Made by a program: the position numbers and the translations under genes. From an uncultured SAR116 cluster alpha proteobacterium (GTDB taxonomy: Bacteria; Pseudomonadota; Alphaproteobacteria; Puniceispirillales; Puniceispirillaceae), in contig CACPDC010000007.1 of the NCBI GenBank assembly GCA_902632595.1, positions 3,176-67,175 of the forward strand: a stretch of DNA of 64,000 bases. Reading direction: 5' to 3'. The notes under the pieces are model-generated. The model was not told the origin of the DNA. It ran no database searches and worked only from the letters and a program-made list of their open reading frames with translations. Shown here in pieces: positions 19,908-30,318 of the stretch; position 1 is the first letter of the stretch, and each line of letters opens with the position of its first letter.

Positions 19908-20897
19908 TCAATTTGTTTCTCTTTCAGCTCTAGGCGTGCATCCATAAGTTTCGCGGTAGCATTTTGAAAAATGAGAAGCAGAAATGAAGCCACATGCAAG
20001 AGCTACAGATAAAATTGACATAGATGTTTGACGGAGTAAATAGCGGGCTCTCGCTAGACGAAGATTTAAATAATGTCTAGTTGGTGTTATTTGCAAATAT
20101 TTTTTGAATAGCCTCTCTAGTTGTCTCGTAGATAAATTAGCTTGTTTTGAAAGTTTTGTTTGAGATAAAGGCTCCTCCAAATTAGCCTCCATGTTGGCAA
20201 CCACCATTAAAAGCTTGGGATGGGATACCCCAAGGCGAGAACGTAATTCGATTCGCTGGCGATCATGACTATCTCTTATTCTGTCATGAATAAAAGTTTC
20301 AGATATTTCTGCTGCTAATTGTGCTCCATGCGCTTGTGAAATTAAATGCAACATCATATCGAGTGCCGCTGTTCCCCCACAACAAGTTATGTGAGTACCG
20401 TCAATTTCAAACAAATCATTAGTAATATCCAGATGAGGAAACTCTTCACGCATCGCATCTATGTTTTCCCAATGGATTGTACATTTTTTATCATTTAACA
20501 TTCCTGCCTTTGCTAGAACATAGGTTCCACTGCAAATGGCGCCTACCGCAATACCATTTCTGGCTAATTTTCTTACTATTGCGAGAGTTGTTTTATCGAC
20601 ATGTTTCTCTACGTTGGTTCCGCTGCATATCAGCACAAGCCTGCATTCAAATAGTGCATTAATGTTGCCACTTAAGGATACCTCTAGGCCATTTGAGGCC
20701 TTTACATTTTGGTCAGATGTATGTGCAGTAACCCAACTAAATAGGGGACGCTCTCTCAGTCGATTTGCTGCCCTTAGAGGCTCTACAGCTGCTGAAAATG
20801 CAAGTAAGGAGAAATCTTTTAACATTAAAAACCCAACCGTTACCGTTTCAGTATCAGAATGCGGTTTTAACATGTCTTTAATTGGGTCGACCTTCAA
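19908..20897 (-). CDS. GlxA family transcriptional regulator (DJ-1/PfpI domain + AraC HTH)
   Basis: N-terminal DJ-1-like domain (GAICSGTYVLAKAGML) and C-terminal AraC-type HTH (SILSVALACGFISASHFSKCYRETYG). Confidence 0.8.
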   Translation of the reverse strand: MKVDPIKDMLKPHSDTETVTVGFLMLKDFSLLAFSAAVEPLRAANRLRERPLFSWVTAHTSDQNVKASNGLEVSLSGNINALFECRLVLICSGTNVEKHVDKTTLAIVRKLARNGIAVGAICSGTYVLAKAGMLNDKKCTIHWENIDAMREEFPHLDITNDLFEIDGTHITCCGGTAALDMMLHLISQAHGAQLAAEISETFIHDRIRDSHDRQRIELRSRLGVSHPKLLMVVANMEANLEEPLSQTKLSKQANLSTRQLERLFKKYLQITPTRHYLNLRLARARYLLRQTSMSILSVALACGFISASHFSKCYRETYGCTPRAERETN

Positions 20898-21141
20898 TTG
20901 AAACTCCTAATAAAAAGTTTATACCATTTACCATTATCCTATCCTTTAGTAATGTGAAATCTATATCTTAATTTTTCATGATATTTGGATGAAGAAAAAG
21001 CTTAGGGCGGGTTTTGATTACTTCATGTCGAATGGACGAAATCATAAAATGGACAGGTGTTTACACAGACCGTTAGATTGGGTTTAATTTAGATTTGACT
21101 TAGAATTGTTGATTAACATTAATCCTATTAAAGGAAAAATA

Positions 21142-22809
21142 ATGAGTGATATAGATATTGCAAGAAATGCCATAGTAAAGCCAATATCCGAAATAGCGAG
21201 TAGTCTAAATATTCCGGATCATGCCTTGGTACCTCTTGGACATGATAAAGCAAAAATAGGACTTGAATGGTTAGAACAACAACCAAAACGTGATAACGCG
21301 AAACTTATATTGGTGACTGCAATTAATCCAACCCCAGCAGGAGAAGGGAAAACAACAACTTCGGTTGGTTTAGGAGATGGTTTAAATAGGATCGGGAAAG
21401 AAGCGATTATTTGCCTTCGAGAACCCTCACTTGGGCCATGCTTCGGTGTAAAAGGAGGCGCCGCTGGCGGCGGTTACTCTCAGGTTGTTCCAATGGAAGA
21501 TATCAATCTTCATTTTACAGGAGACTTCCATGCTATTACATCCGCCCACAATTTGCTCTCAGCGATGATCGACAATCATATTTATTGGGGAAACAACCTT
21601 AAAATTGATAGTAGGCGTATTGTTTGGCGGCGTGTTATTGACATAAATGACCGAGCCTTGCGGCAAAATTTAGTTTCTCTAGGTGGTATTTCAAATGGAT
21701 TTCCAAGAGAATCAGGGTTTGATATTACAGTCGCTTCTGAGATAATGGCCATCTTGTGTCTTGCGAACGACCTTGAAGATTTGCAACAGAGACTCGGAAA
21801 TATTATTATTGGGTATCGTCGTGACAAATCCGCTGTTTACTGTAGGGACATTAAAGCGGACGGCGCAATGACTGTTCTATTGAAGAGTGCCATTCAACCG
21901 AATTTAGTTCAAACATTAGAGTCTAACCCTGCGTTGATTCATGGAGGGCCTTTTGCAAATATAGCGCATGGATGTAATTCTGTAATAGCAACAAAAGCGG
22001 CGCTAAAGTTAGCTGATTATGTTGTTACTGAAGCGGGCTTTGGCGCTGATCTTGGCGCTGAGAAGTTTTTTGATATAAAATGTCGTAAAGCTGGTTTAAG
22101 CCCCTCTTGCGTAGTGCTTGTTGCTACCCTGAGGGCCATTAAAATGAATGGAAGTGTTAGCAAAGCTGATTTAGGTAATGAGAATCTGGGGGCTATTAAG
22201 AAAGGAAGCTCTAATCTTCTCAGACATTTGGAGAACTTAAGAAAATTTGGAGTTCCTGTGATAATTGCGATTAATCATTTTTTCACTGACACAGATGATG
22301 AAATAGAACTTTTAAAGGAAATCGTGCACCAAGCCGGTGCGATAGCCGTGGAATGCAGACACTGGGCTAAAGGGTCCGAGGGAACAGAAGAACTTTCAAA
22401 AAAAGTGGTTGAAATATGTGATGAAGGGCAAGTAAATTTTAAATACCTTTATCCAAACTCGATACCACTTATCGAAAAGATAAATAAGATTGCAACTGAA
22501 ATATATCGCGCAGCGAAGGTTGTTGCCGACAAAAAAATTCTTCAACAATTAGCTGAGTGGGAAAAAGATGGTTATGGGGACTTACCTGTTTGTATGGCAA
22601 AAACACAATATTCTTTTTCTTCTGATCCAACATTACTCGGTGCTCCGGAGGGCCATACTATGCCAATAAGAGAGGTTAAGTTGTCTGCAGGAGCTGGTTT
22701 TATAGTTGTAGTTTGTGGAGATATTATGACTATGCCAGGATTACCGCGTATCCCAGCAGCAGAAATGATTGGCATAGGCGGTCAAGGTCAAGTCGAGGGG
22801 CTTTTTTGA
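21142..22809 (+). CDS. fhs: formate--tetrahydrofolate ligase
   Basis: [18 protein letters not shown]-loop, colinear over about 555 aa. AAGGAA at 21131-21136 supports the ATG at 21142. Confidence 0.92.
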   Translation: MSDIDIARNAIVKPISEIASSLNIPDHALVPLGHDKAKIGLEWLEQQPKRDNAKLILVTAINPTPAGEGKTTTSVGLGDGLNRIGKEAIICLREPSLGPCFGVKGGAAGGGYSQVVPMEDINLHFTGDFHAITSAHNLLSAMIDNHIYWGNNLKIDSRRIVWRRVIDINDRALRQNLVSLGGISNGFPRESGFDITVASEIMAILCLANDLEDLQQRLGNIIIGYRRDKSAVYCRDIKADGAMTVLLKSAIQPNLVQTLESNPALIHGGPFANIAHGCNSVIATKAALKLADYVVTEAGFGADLGAEKFFDIKCRKAGLSPSCVVLVATLRAIKMNGSVSKADLGNENLGAIKKGSSNLLRHLENLRKFGVPVIIAINHFFTDTDDEIELLKEIVHQAGAIAVECRHWAKGSEGTEELSKKVVEICDEGQVNFKYLYPNSIPLIEKINKIATEIYRAAKVVADKKILQQLAEWEKDGYGDLPVCMAKTQYSFSSDPTLLGAPEGHTMPIREVKLSAGAGFIVVVCGDIMTMPGLPRIPAAEMIGIGGQGQVEGLF

Positions 22810-22888
22810 AAAAGCAAGATGATTATAATTAATTAATACTATTTTTCATACCAGCTAGGTAAGATTTGGTTTATGAACTGCTAGGGCT

Positions 22889-23716
22889 ATGGGTTTTATG
22901 TTAAATAACAAACAAAAAACTGCTGTGATAACCTCATTCAGTAATAACGATATAAAAAAATTACGCTCATTGCATGAACGTAAGTATCGAAAACAGACAG
23001 GTTGGTTTCTTGCAGAAGGTCTACGTATTTGTACAGAGGCATTAAAGCAGGGATTTACTCCACAGATTCTAATTTATGAAGAAGGTCGACACTCAGACCC
23101 TTTAATATCAGACTTAGTTTTTGAATGTGAAAAAGCTGGTGGGAGAGTTTTGCCTGTGAAACGCTCATTACTAGTAAAAGTAAGTAATAAGAATAATCCT
23201 CAAACTGTCGTAGGCGCCTACACACAATTTACAACAAACTTCTTAGACATTAAAACGGAAGATACAAGATGTTGGGTAGCGCTGGACAGGGTTCGTGATC
23301 CCGGAAATTTAGGCACAATTATGAGAACAATGGATGCTGTTGCAGCAGATGGACTTATTCTGATTGATGATTGCACAGATCCATTTTCCGTGGAGTCTGT
23401 ACGTGCCTCAATGGGGGCTATTTTTAGTCTAAAAATTAGCCATTGTACTAGCAACGAATTTTTCTCTTTTAAAAAATTTTTTAACGGACAAATAATTGGA
23501 ACGGCTCTTGACTCAAAAGTTGATTATAGAACGGCTGAATGGAAAAGTCCTTGCATTATTCTTTTGGGAAATGAGCAGTCAGGCTTGTCAGATAAGCTAA
23601 AAGATACATGTGATCAGCTCATAAAGATGCCAATGCTTGGTAGTTCTGATAGCTTGAATCTTGCTGTCGCCTCTGGCATCAGTTTATATGAGTTTCTTCG
23701 TTACCAAGCTGATTAG
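22889..23716 (+). CDS. TrmH/SpoU family RNA 2'-O-methyltransferase
   Basis: SPOUT motifs DRVRDPGNLGTIMRT, LLGNEQSGLS, MPMLGSSDSLNLAVASGISLYE. Confidence 0.8.
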   Translation: MGFMLNNKQKTAVITSFSNNDIKKLRSLHERKYRKQTGWFLAEGLRICTEALKQGFTPQILIYEEGRHSDPLISDLVFECEKAGGRVLPVKRSLLVKVSNKNNPQTVVGAYTQFTTNFLDIKTEDTRCWVALDRVRDPGNLGTIMRTMDAVAADGLILIDDCTDPFSVESVRASMGAIFSLKISHCTSNEFFSFKKFFNGQIIGTALDSKVDYRTAEWKSPCIILLGNEQSGLSDKLKDTCDQLIKMPMLGSSDSLNLAVASGISLYEFLRYQAD

Positions 23717-23756
23717 AATAGATATTAAAAAAAAATAATAAATCTTACTTTTATGT

Positions 23757-24686
23757 CTACAACCCACTCCATCTAGCATATAGCGCTTGTCCAATGGCTC
23801 TAGCCGGTTTCCTTGAAAGTGAATAATCTTCTATAATTGCAATTTCCCCTGACTTTATTTTGCCTCCAAGGGATGCAAAACTGTTTTCCATTGTAGTGTG
23901 AATCGAAATTATTGACATTCTCACAGCATAGATAGTTGCAACCAAAAATAAGGGCGAGGTAGAAATCAGATTTTTGCAGTCAGATAATAAGCGCGGGAGA
24001 TTTTGGTGAAGATGCCACACCTCTCCTCTTGGGCCTCTTCCATATTTTGGAGGGTCTAATATGATACCATCATAGGTATTTTCCCGTCTAATTTCACGCT
24101 GAACAAATTGCGAAGCATCCTCCGTGATAAATCGAATTGGTGCTTTATCTAAGTTACTCAGAGCTCGATTATCAAACGCCAGCTGAATGGCTTTTTTGCT
24201 AGCATCGATGTGAGTAACCTCTGCTCCGGCATTTGCGGCGTGCAAGCTTGCAATTCCGGAATAGGCGAATAGATTTAAAATCTTCGGCGCGCGGTTATTA
24301 ATTTTAATAAATTTTTTTATTTTTTTTTCACACCATTGCCAATGAACAGATTGTTCAGGAAAAAACCCTAAGTGCCTGAAAGGAGTGGGCATAGCAAAAA
24401 AATGAATATCCTCAAATTGCATTTTCCATTTATCTGGTAGTGTGTTTCTTAAACTCCAGCTTCCACCTTTTTCGCTGTCTTTTCCTGATGTGATAAAATG
24501 GCCATCCGCTGACTTCCATTCAGCATTACTGAGTCTTGGTGACCATAAGGCTTGCGCTTCTGGTCTGACAAAACGGTAAGAGCCGAATTTCTCTAATTTT
24601 TGACCATCGCCAGAATCTATTAGTTGATAATCCTGCCACCCGGAGGGATATAAATGTTTTGAAATATTTGATTGCGAAACTCTCAT
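23757..24686 (-). CDS. class I SAM-dependent methyltransferase (RlmI/RlmK-like catalytic domain, no PUA)
   Basis: ILNLFAYSGIASL SAM-binding motif and IILDPPKYGRG motif IV. Confidence 0.65.
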   Translation of the reverse strand: MRVSQSNISKHLYPSGWQDYQLIDSGDGQKLEKFGSYRFVRPEAQALWSPRLSNAEWKSADGHFITSGKDSEKGGSWSLRNTLPDKWKMQFEDIHFFAMPTPFRHLGFFPEQSVHWQWCEKKIKKFIKINNRAPKILNLFAYSGIASLHAANAGAEVTHIDASKKAIQLAFDNRALSNLDKAPIRFITEDASQFVQREIRRENTYDGIILDPPKYGRGPRGEVWHLHQNLPRLLSDCKNLISTSPLFLVATIYAVRMSIISIHTTMENSFASLGGKIKSGEIAIIEDYSLSRKPARAIGQALYARWSGL

Positions 24687-24831
24687 AATTTGTAGTTATG
24701 ACGAACAATATTTAGGTAGACAACCCTTATATTTATGAAAAAATTTGCTTTATTGAACCTTTAATAGGATAAATTAATAAAATTTTTACATTCTAAGCCG
24801 TTTCGCTAAACCAAAAAAATCAGAGACAACA

Positions 24832-25290
24832 ATGGACAAGACTGACAAAAAAATTCTGACTTTATTACAGCAAGACTCAGCGCAGCCTTTATCCGATATA
24901 GCTCGAAAGGTAGGTTTATCTGTAACACCATGTTGGAGGCGAATACAAAAGCTAGAAGAAGACGGCATTATTAGAGGTCGTGTTGCATTACTTGATGCAG
25001 AGAAGCTAGGTTTAGGCATGTCCGTTTTTGTAGCACTAAAAATAACGGAGCACTCCTCAGAATGGCTAAACAATTTTGCTTTAAAAATATCTGAATATGA
25101 TGAAGTTGTGGAGTTTTATCGAATGTCGGGAGATGTTGATTATATGCTTAGAGTTGTGGTGAAAAATATGGCAGCATATGACGCCTTTTATAAAAAATTG
25201 ATATCTGATGTATCCCTAAAAGATGTTAGCTCTTCTTTTGCAATGGAAGAAATTAAATACACTACATCACTTCCTATAAATCGATTATAA
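24832..25290 (+). CDS. lrp: Lrp/AsnC family transcriptional regulator
   Basis: DKTDKKILTLLQQDS..LSDIARKVGLSVTPCWRRIQKLEEDGII HTH plus RAM domain, 152 aa. Confidence 0.88.
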   Translation: MDKTDKKILTLLQQDSAQPLSDIARKVGLSVTPCWRRIQKLEEDGIIRGRVALLDAEKLGLGMSVFVALKITEHSSEWLNNFALKISEYDEVVEFYRMSGDVDYMLRVVVKNMAAYDAFYKKLISDVSLKDVSSSFAMEEIKYTTSLPINRL

Positions 25291-25305
25291 AAACTTTATT
25301 TGAAC

Positions 25306-26316
25306 TTACTTCTCTGCCCAGATAATAGAAGTAAGCTTTTTGACGAAAACCTGTTTTGAAAATCTTTTTTCTTTTATAACCTGTTTTGCTCTTTTCTGAT
25401 ATTTGCTTCTTTCCTGTGGATTTTGTATGAGTGTTTTCAAACAAATTAACATTTCATCGCCGTTAGAAGGTTCAAAAAAAAGTGCATTTTGGCTGCCTTT
25501 GCAAATCCACAAAGGTCCGTTTGTACTAGATGATACAACAGCAACACCAAATTGCATCATTTCAGGCAGTATATAACCAAAAGGCTCGTCAAGAGAGGGG
25601 AGGCAAAAAATATCTAATGAGGGCGCAAATTTTTCTACATCTGTCCAACCAGTAAATCGGACAGGGTTTCCCCTACTTTTTGAAAATGTTCGGAGACTTT
25701 TTGTTAAAGGTCCATCACCAGCAAGAACAAAATCAATTTCAGGGAATTCTTCTTTAATTCTAGCAGCCACGTCAATAAATATTTTAAATCCCTTTTTCTC
25801 AACAAACCGTCCAGCTGCTCCTATCGTTAGCTTTTGTTTTGGTTTAATTTCATTTAAAACTTTTTTTTGTGGTTCAAAATAATGGGGTAAGTGATAGATA
25901 CTATCCTTACATCTGCCAGAGTTTTTGGCTTTCTTAACTGCGTTAGGCGATAAGCAAATTAGGTAGTCCGCATGTTTGAAGTGTTCAGGTTTATCATTAT
26001 GACAAATACCGATTACTTTATCACTATATTTCTTCATAATTTTGCATATAAAACCGTTATGGACAAAAGATATATTAAATGAGTGGTTTTGAAACTGTTT
26101 AATAGGCAACGAAAATCCTCTTCGAATAAGCGTTTTTTGTTGCCACGACATTCTTATATGACGGGGGATGTCTTGGCATTGGTTAAGATTTAACGGCAGT
26201 GGGGAAAAATAAATATTTTCAAGTTGGGGTATAGGAGCAAGAGCGGAAAGATAAGCTTTAAAGGCTTTTTGAATACCCCCTGGTTTATCATCACTTGTAA
26301 CATGTAATATTTTCAT
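25306..26316 (-). CDS. glycosyltransferase family 4 (GT-B, group 1)
   Basis: C-terminal EPFGYILPEMMQFGVAVVSSSTNGP matches the E-x7-E region of GT4 enzymes, 336 aa. Confidence 0.75.
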   Translation of the reverse strand: MKILHVTSDDKPGGIQKAFKAYLSALAPIPQLENIYFSPLPLNLNQCQDIPRHIRMSWQQKTLIRRGFSLPIKQFQNHSFNISFVHNGFICKIMKKYSDKVIGICHNDKPEHFKHADYLICLSPNAVKKAKNSGRCKDSIYHLPHYFEPQKKVLNEIKPKQKLTIGAAGRFVEKKGFKIFIDVAARIKEEFPEIDFVLAGDGPLTKSLRTFSKSRGNPVRFTGWTDVEKFAPSLDIFCLPSLDEPFGYILPEMMQFGVAVVSSSTNGPLWICKGSQNALFFEPSNGDEMLICLKTLIQNPQERSKYQKRAKQVIKEKRFSKQVFVKKLTSIIWAEK

Positions 26317-26334
26317 AAAAACATCTTTTCTAAC

Positions 26335-27240
26335 TCAAGCATATAGCAATACAAGAATGATGGAAATACCAAGCACACCTATACCTATTACCTCAAGCAG
26401 AGTAATTTTTTCTTTTAGAAAAAGCCATGAGAACAAAATTGATATGATTAACTCGATTTGACCGACGGCGCGAACGGCACCAAGATGAAAAATAGCGAAT
26501 GCGAAAAACCAAGCTGCTGTCGAAATAGCTGCAGTTATCCCTATAAAAAAACCAGTCCTCCAATTCTGAAGGCAGAGCATTAATTGAGTAGGCTGTTTAA
26601 AAATAAGATAGCTGCCAAGAATGGCCGTTTGAAGTGAAATTGCAATTGCGGCCGTAAAACTAGCATCTAACATGAGTATATTACCATTTAAAAGGATCGT
26701 TGCTTTGAAGTAAAAAATATTTGCTAACGCAAGACATGCCCCCGAACCAAGTCCTAAAAAATGAGAGGATGAAAAAAACAGATGCGCTTTATTACCATCT
26801 GCAAATTCAACTTTTTGATAGCTTAAAAGCGCAATTCCAAATAAGCCCATAGCAATTGCAAACATAGTTGAGTAGCTCGCAGCATAACCAATTAAAATGG
26901 CCTCTAATAGAGCTGTTTGAAGGATCTCTGTTTTTGAAAGCGCAATTCCAATCGCATAATTTCGATGATTAAACATCATAATTAATAAAATTGTAAAGGC
27001 GATTTGGAGAATAGCTGCGCAGCAAACAAAAACAAAAAATGAGAACGAGATTTCTGGAAGGCTACTGCCAGTTTTAATACATATAGCTACTGTCCACAGC
27101 CAAGCGAATGGTATACCGAAAATGAAACGGCTTAAACTAGCACCCAACTCACCTACACGTGGGATTAACAATTTCTGACAAACAGTGCGCAAGGATTGCG
27201 CAAGTGCAGCGATCAACGCAATAATTGCCCATAATTCCAT
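26335..27240 (-). CDS. DMT superfamily (EamA-like) transporter
   Basis: Ten hydrophobic helices in a 5+5 arrangement, 301 aa. Confidence 0.75.
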   Translation of the reverse strand: MELWAIIALIAALAQSLRTVCQKLLIPRVGELGASLSRFIFGIPFAWLWTVAICIKTGSSLPEISFSFFVFVCCAAILQIAFTILLIMMFNHRNYAIGIALSKTEILQTALLEAILIGYAASYSTMFAIAMGLFGIALLSYQKVEFADGNKAHLFFSSSHFLGLGSGACLALANIFYFKATILLNGNILMLDASFTAAIAISLQTAILGSYLIFKQPTQLMLCLQNWRTGFFIGITAAISTAAWFFAFAIFHLGAVRAVGQIELIISILFSWLFLKEKITLLEVIGIGVLGISIILVLLYA

Positions 27241-27285
27241 TTTTGATTTCTAGTACACTACGTTAAATTAATCTAGGTTAGAGCA

Positions 27286-27876
27286 TTATTTATTTGGCGT
27301 AATTTTTGGGGAAACCGCTACCTCACTTAGGTCTAGCACTTTAGACTTTTTATCCTTTTTAATTGCTATCGCTTCATCCAAGATATTATCAAGATTTTCT
27401 CTAAGAAATTTATTTAAAGTGTCTTCGATGTAGTGTTTAATTTCTTTCGTCAATTTTGTTCCAGATAATGCTTTTTCGTTTTCAATGGGCAAAGAATTGC
27501 ACAAATCTTGGTTTCCTCTTCTCGATATATCCTCTTTTGCACTAGAGATAGCCATTTTTATATCATTCATTACACTGTTAATTTCGGTGACTTTAAATAA
27601 ATTAGGCTTCGACTCTATTTCGCTTTTTTCATCTATTTTTTCTAATAAAACTGCTATTTCTGCGTCTCTTAGGAGTAGTTTAAGCTGATAAATTTGGTTG
27701 ATAATTACCAAATTTAAGTCAAATTTATCGAAAATCTTTGAAAGGGACGAGTTATCAGCACTTAGCTCCTTCCATAAGACATCATTTATAAAACCTGAAT
27801 TCGAGCTAAAAGCCTCTATTGAAGCTATAGTTCTCAAAGTTTTTAAATTATCAAAAATAATTTCATGTTTGCTCAT
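27286..27876 (-). CDS. hypothetical acidic coiled-coil protein, possibly PopZ/DUF2497-like
   Basis: C-terminal IEDTLNKFLRENLDNILDEAI resembles the PopZ C-terminal LKEWLDxNLPxIVE helix. Otherwise low complexity; weak call. Confidence 0.35.
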   Translation of the reverse strand: MSKHEIIFDNLKTLRTIASIEAFSSNSGFINDVLWKELSADNSSLSKIFDKFDLNLVIINQIYQLKLLLRDAEIAVLLEKIDEKSEIESKPNLFKVTEINSVMNDIKMAISSAKEDISRRGNQDLCNSLPIENEKALSGTKLTKEIKHYIEDTLNKFLRENLDNILDEAIAIKKDKKSKVLDLSEVAVSPKITPNK

Positions 27877-28046
27877 TTGTTAATCTCTATCAAAATTACA
27901 AATACGATAATAGTATTAATGCTTTTATTTGACTAGATTAATTTTAATATTTTAAAACATACTACGCCTCTTTTATTGTTAATTGGTTAAGGTTAATTTA
28001 TAACCCGACAAAAGATTTTTAAGAAATATGATTACTAGGAGTATTT

Positions 28047-30149
28047 ATGTCGTTATCATCAAACATTGGTATGTGGCACAAAAAATTGTTTCAAACTAGT
28101 CTTTTTACTCAGAAAATTACACTACTAACTGTTATATTTGCAATTATCTTAGGAATAATAGCTTCATATCTAAATTTTCAGGCCAGATACACAAATTGGC
28201 ATTTGTGGGAACAGAACAAAGCAGAATTTTTCTATAAAGATACTCCTCTATTTACAACTATGGATGCAGGTTATTTTCTTGGGATAGCTGGACACCTTAA
28301 ATCTGGAAAAACCTTAGAAGATTACCAATCCCTGAGAGTATTTCCGACAAAACAAATTCAGGACCCATCGATAAAAAGTCCAGGGCGTTCTGCACCATTG
28401 TTGTCAAAAGTAATAGCGTTTTTCGCCAAAGACGCCTCACCAAAAGAATTGTTGATAGCAGGTAATAAAATGCTTCCTTACACTGCTGCAGTCACTGCAT
28501 TAGCCATTTTTATTGCATTTGGAGTAACGGGTTATTGGATGGAAGGTTCTGTTGCAGCTGCCGGTGGTGGATTATCGATTGTTTATTATTGGAGGTCAGC
28601 TATTGGTAGAATAGATACAGACCAATTAAATTTGGGTCTAATGTATTTTATGTTTGCTATGGTTTTGTGCGCGGGAAGTGCCAAGAAGTTAAGATGGGGA
28701 ATTTTTTTTACTTTTATAGCGGCCCTCTCAGCAAGACTGTTTATGAGTTGGTATGATAAGTCTGAGTTAATAATAATGGCTCTTATTGCTTTTTGCTGGT
28801 TAATTATTGTAAAATCAAAAGACTGGCGGAGACTGATCGTATTTTCCACGGTTTTTATTTTGTTATCAGGCGTAGGTCTGATAAATCCGTTCGCCACAGT
28901 CTACGTGCAAACAGATTTCGGCATTCATAATTTTGTTTTTAATAATGTGATATCTACAGTTTCGGAAGCATCAAGAATAGAGTTTCTTGAAGTTTTGCGC
29001 AGGATGACTGGTTCTATTTTAGTAAGCACTTTATGCCTTCTAGGAATGATAGTTTGGGCTATAAGGCATCCCATAATCGCAATAGCTTACGCACCACTTG
29101 CAGGATTCGCAATGCTCTCCGTAGTATTAGGTAACCGTGCACTTTTTTATTCAGCCCCATTTTTTTGGTTTGGGGGTGCTTATCTCGCTGTGTTGATTAT
29201 GAGAATATGCGTCCATTTAGTTTTTCAACGGTTAGAAGCATTCAAACAAATCATAAGTACATCGGCTTCTGCAACTATCTGTGCAATTCTGATTTTATTT
29301 ATTTGGGTTAATAGCCCAGTCAATCAGTTGGCGCGACCATCAATACCTGTCCCAATTATAAAAGCTTTGGTCGAATTGAAATCTATAGCAGGACAAGAAA
29401 AAAGTGTTTTAGCCAGTTGGTGGGATTATGGATATGCCTCAATGCTGTTTAACGGGCTTCCAACATTTACTGACCCAGGGCAGCATTTAAGTAATTCAAA
29501 TTACTTTATTGCTGATTCATTATTATCGAATAACCAGAGCCACTCAGCAGATACTCTTCGTTTTCTTGGAAGTGGCGGATTAACAACTTTGAAAGAAAAC
29601 ATTGATGATAGAGATACCCTTTTAAAAAAAATAAAATCAAATAGAGATGAGCAAGGTCCTGTTGTATATCTGATGTTAACAGATCAAATGACTAGTTGGA
29701 TGCCATCTATCTCGAAAATAGGAAATTGGGATATTGATTTAGGCGTACCAATTCCTGCAAAAGGCCATAAACAAGGCCAACAATTGTCCTACAATTTTTT
29801 AAATTGCACGGATACCAAAACACCAGGAATAGTAAAATGCAACAACTCGATTATAAATTTGAATGAAGGTAAAATTGATGGAAACCCTGTATTAAATTTA
29901 GTTGCTGAAGCGCATGGAGGGCAATTCGTTGGTAGTAAGGGTTACAAGCAGAGTGAGTTGAACGTATTTCAGATTATGAAGAATGATAAAGGCAAATCGG
30001 CCAAGGTAGCTATTCTTCATAGAGATTTGTTTTTTAGTAGTTTCAATCAAATGTTTCATTTAGGAAGATATGATATAGAGAATTTCAAGTTGGTATACGA
30101 TGGATATCCGAACGTTCGTATCTTTAAATTGCTCCCAAAGTCCGGGTAA
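28047..30149 (+). CDS. pglB: PglB/STT3-type oligosaccharyltransferase homologue
   Basis: About 13 TM helices plus a soluble C-terminal domain. Motifs in order: FTTMDAGYF, IGRIDTDQL (DxD), STVSEA (TIxE/SVSE), SWWDYGY, MPSISKI (MxxI), and a PglB-like C-terminus FNQMFHLGRYD. Confidence 0.8.
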   Translation: MSLSSNIGMWHKKLFQTSLFTQKITLLTVIFAIILGIIASYLNFQARYTNWHLWEQNKAEFFYKDTPLFTTMDAGYFLGIAGHLKSGKTLEDYQSLRVFPTKQIQDPSIKSPGRSAPLLSKVIAFFAKDASPKELLIAGNKMLPYTAAVTALAIFIAFGVTGYWMEGSVAAAGGGLSIVYYWRSAIGRIDTDQLNLGLMYFMFAMVLCAGSAKKLRWGIFFTFIAALSARLFMSWYDKSELIIMALIAFCWLIIVKSKDWRRLIVFSTVFILLSGVGLINPFATVYVQTDFGIHNFVFNNVISTVSEASRIEFLEVLRRMTGSILVSTLCLLGMIVWAIRHPIIAIAYAPLAGFAMLSVVLGNRALFYSAPFFWFGGAYLAVLIMRICVHLVFQRLEAFKQIISTSASATICAILILFIWVNSPVNQLARPSIPVPIIKALVELKSIAGQEKSVLASWWDYGYASMLFNGLPTFTDPGQHLSNSNYFIADSLLSNNQSHSADTLRFLGSGGLTTLKENIDDRDTLLKKIKSNRDEQGPVVYLMLTDQMTSWMPSISKIGNWDIDLGVPIPAKGHKQGQQLSYNFLNCTDTKTPGIVKCNNSIINLNEGKIDGNPVLNLVAEAHGGQFVGSKGYKQSELNVFQIMKNDKGKSAKVAILHRDLFFSSFNQMFHLGRYDIENFKLVYDGYPNVRIFKLLPKSG

Positions 30150-30241
30150 CTTGAAAGTGTGCATTAGGTATTAGTTGAGTGCCACTCATTTAGGAACACT
30201 TTTATGGCTGGTAATAAAATTGCTGGTAGAAATAAATATAT

Positions 30242-30318
30242 GGCCCCGTAGCTCATCAGGATAGAGCGCGAGATTCCTAATCCCGAGGTAACAGGTTCGA
30301 GTCCTGTCGGGGTCACCA
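30242..30318 (+). tRNA. tRNA-Arg (anticodon CCT)
   Basis: Hand-folded cloverleaf: acceptor GGCCCCG/CGGGGTC (one G-U), D arm GCTC/GAGC, anticodon loop TTCCTAA, T arm ACAGG-TTCGAGT-CCTGT, encoded CCA. One A-C mismatch in the anticodon stem. Confidence 0.85.

Noticed and set aside
20898-21141. Possible ZTP (pfl) or THF riboswitch upstream of fhs.
   Set aside because: I could not find the conserved GACUGGCG / CCGCCUGGGC-type elements or a convincing pseudoknot. Only a generic hairpin and short repeats are present. A covariance-model scan is needed to be sure.
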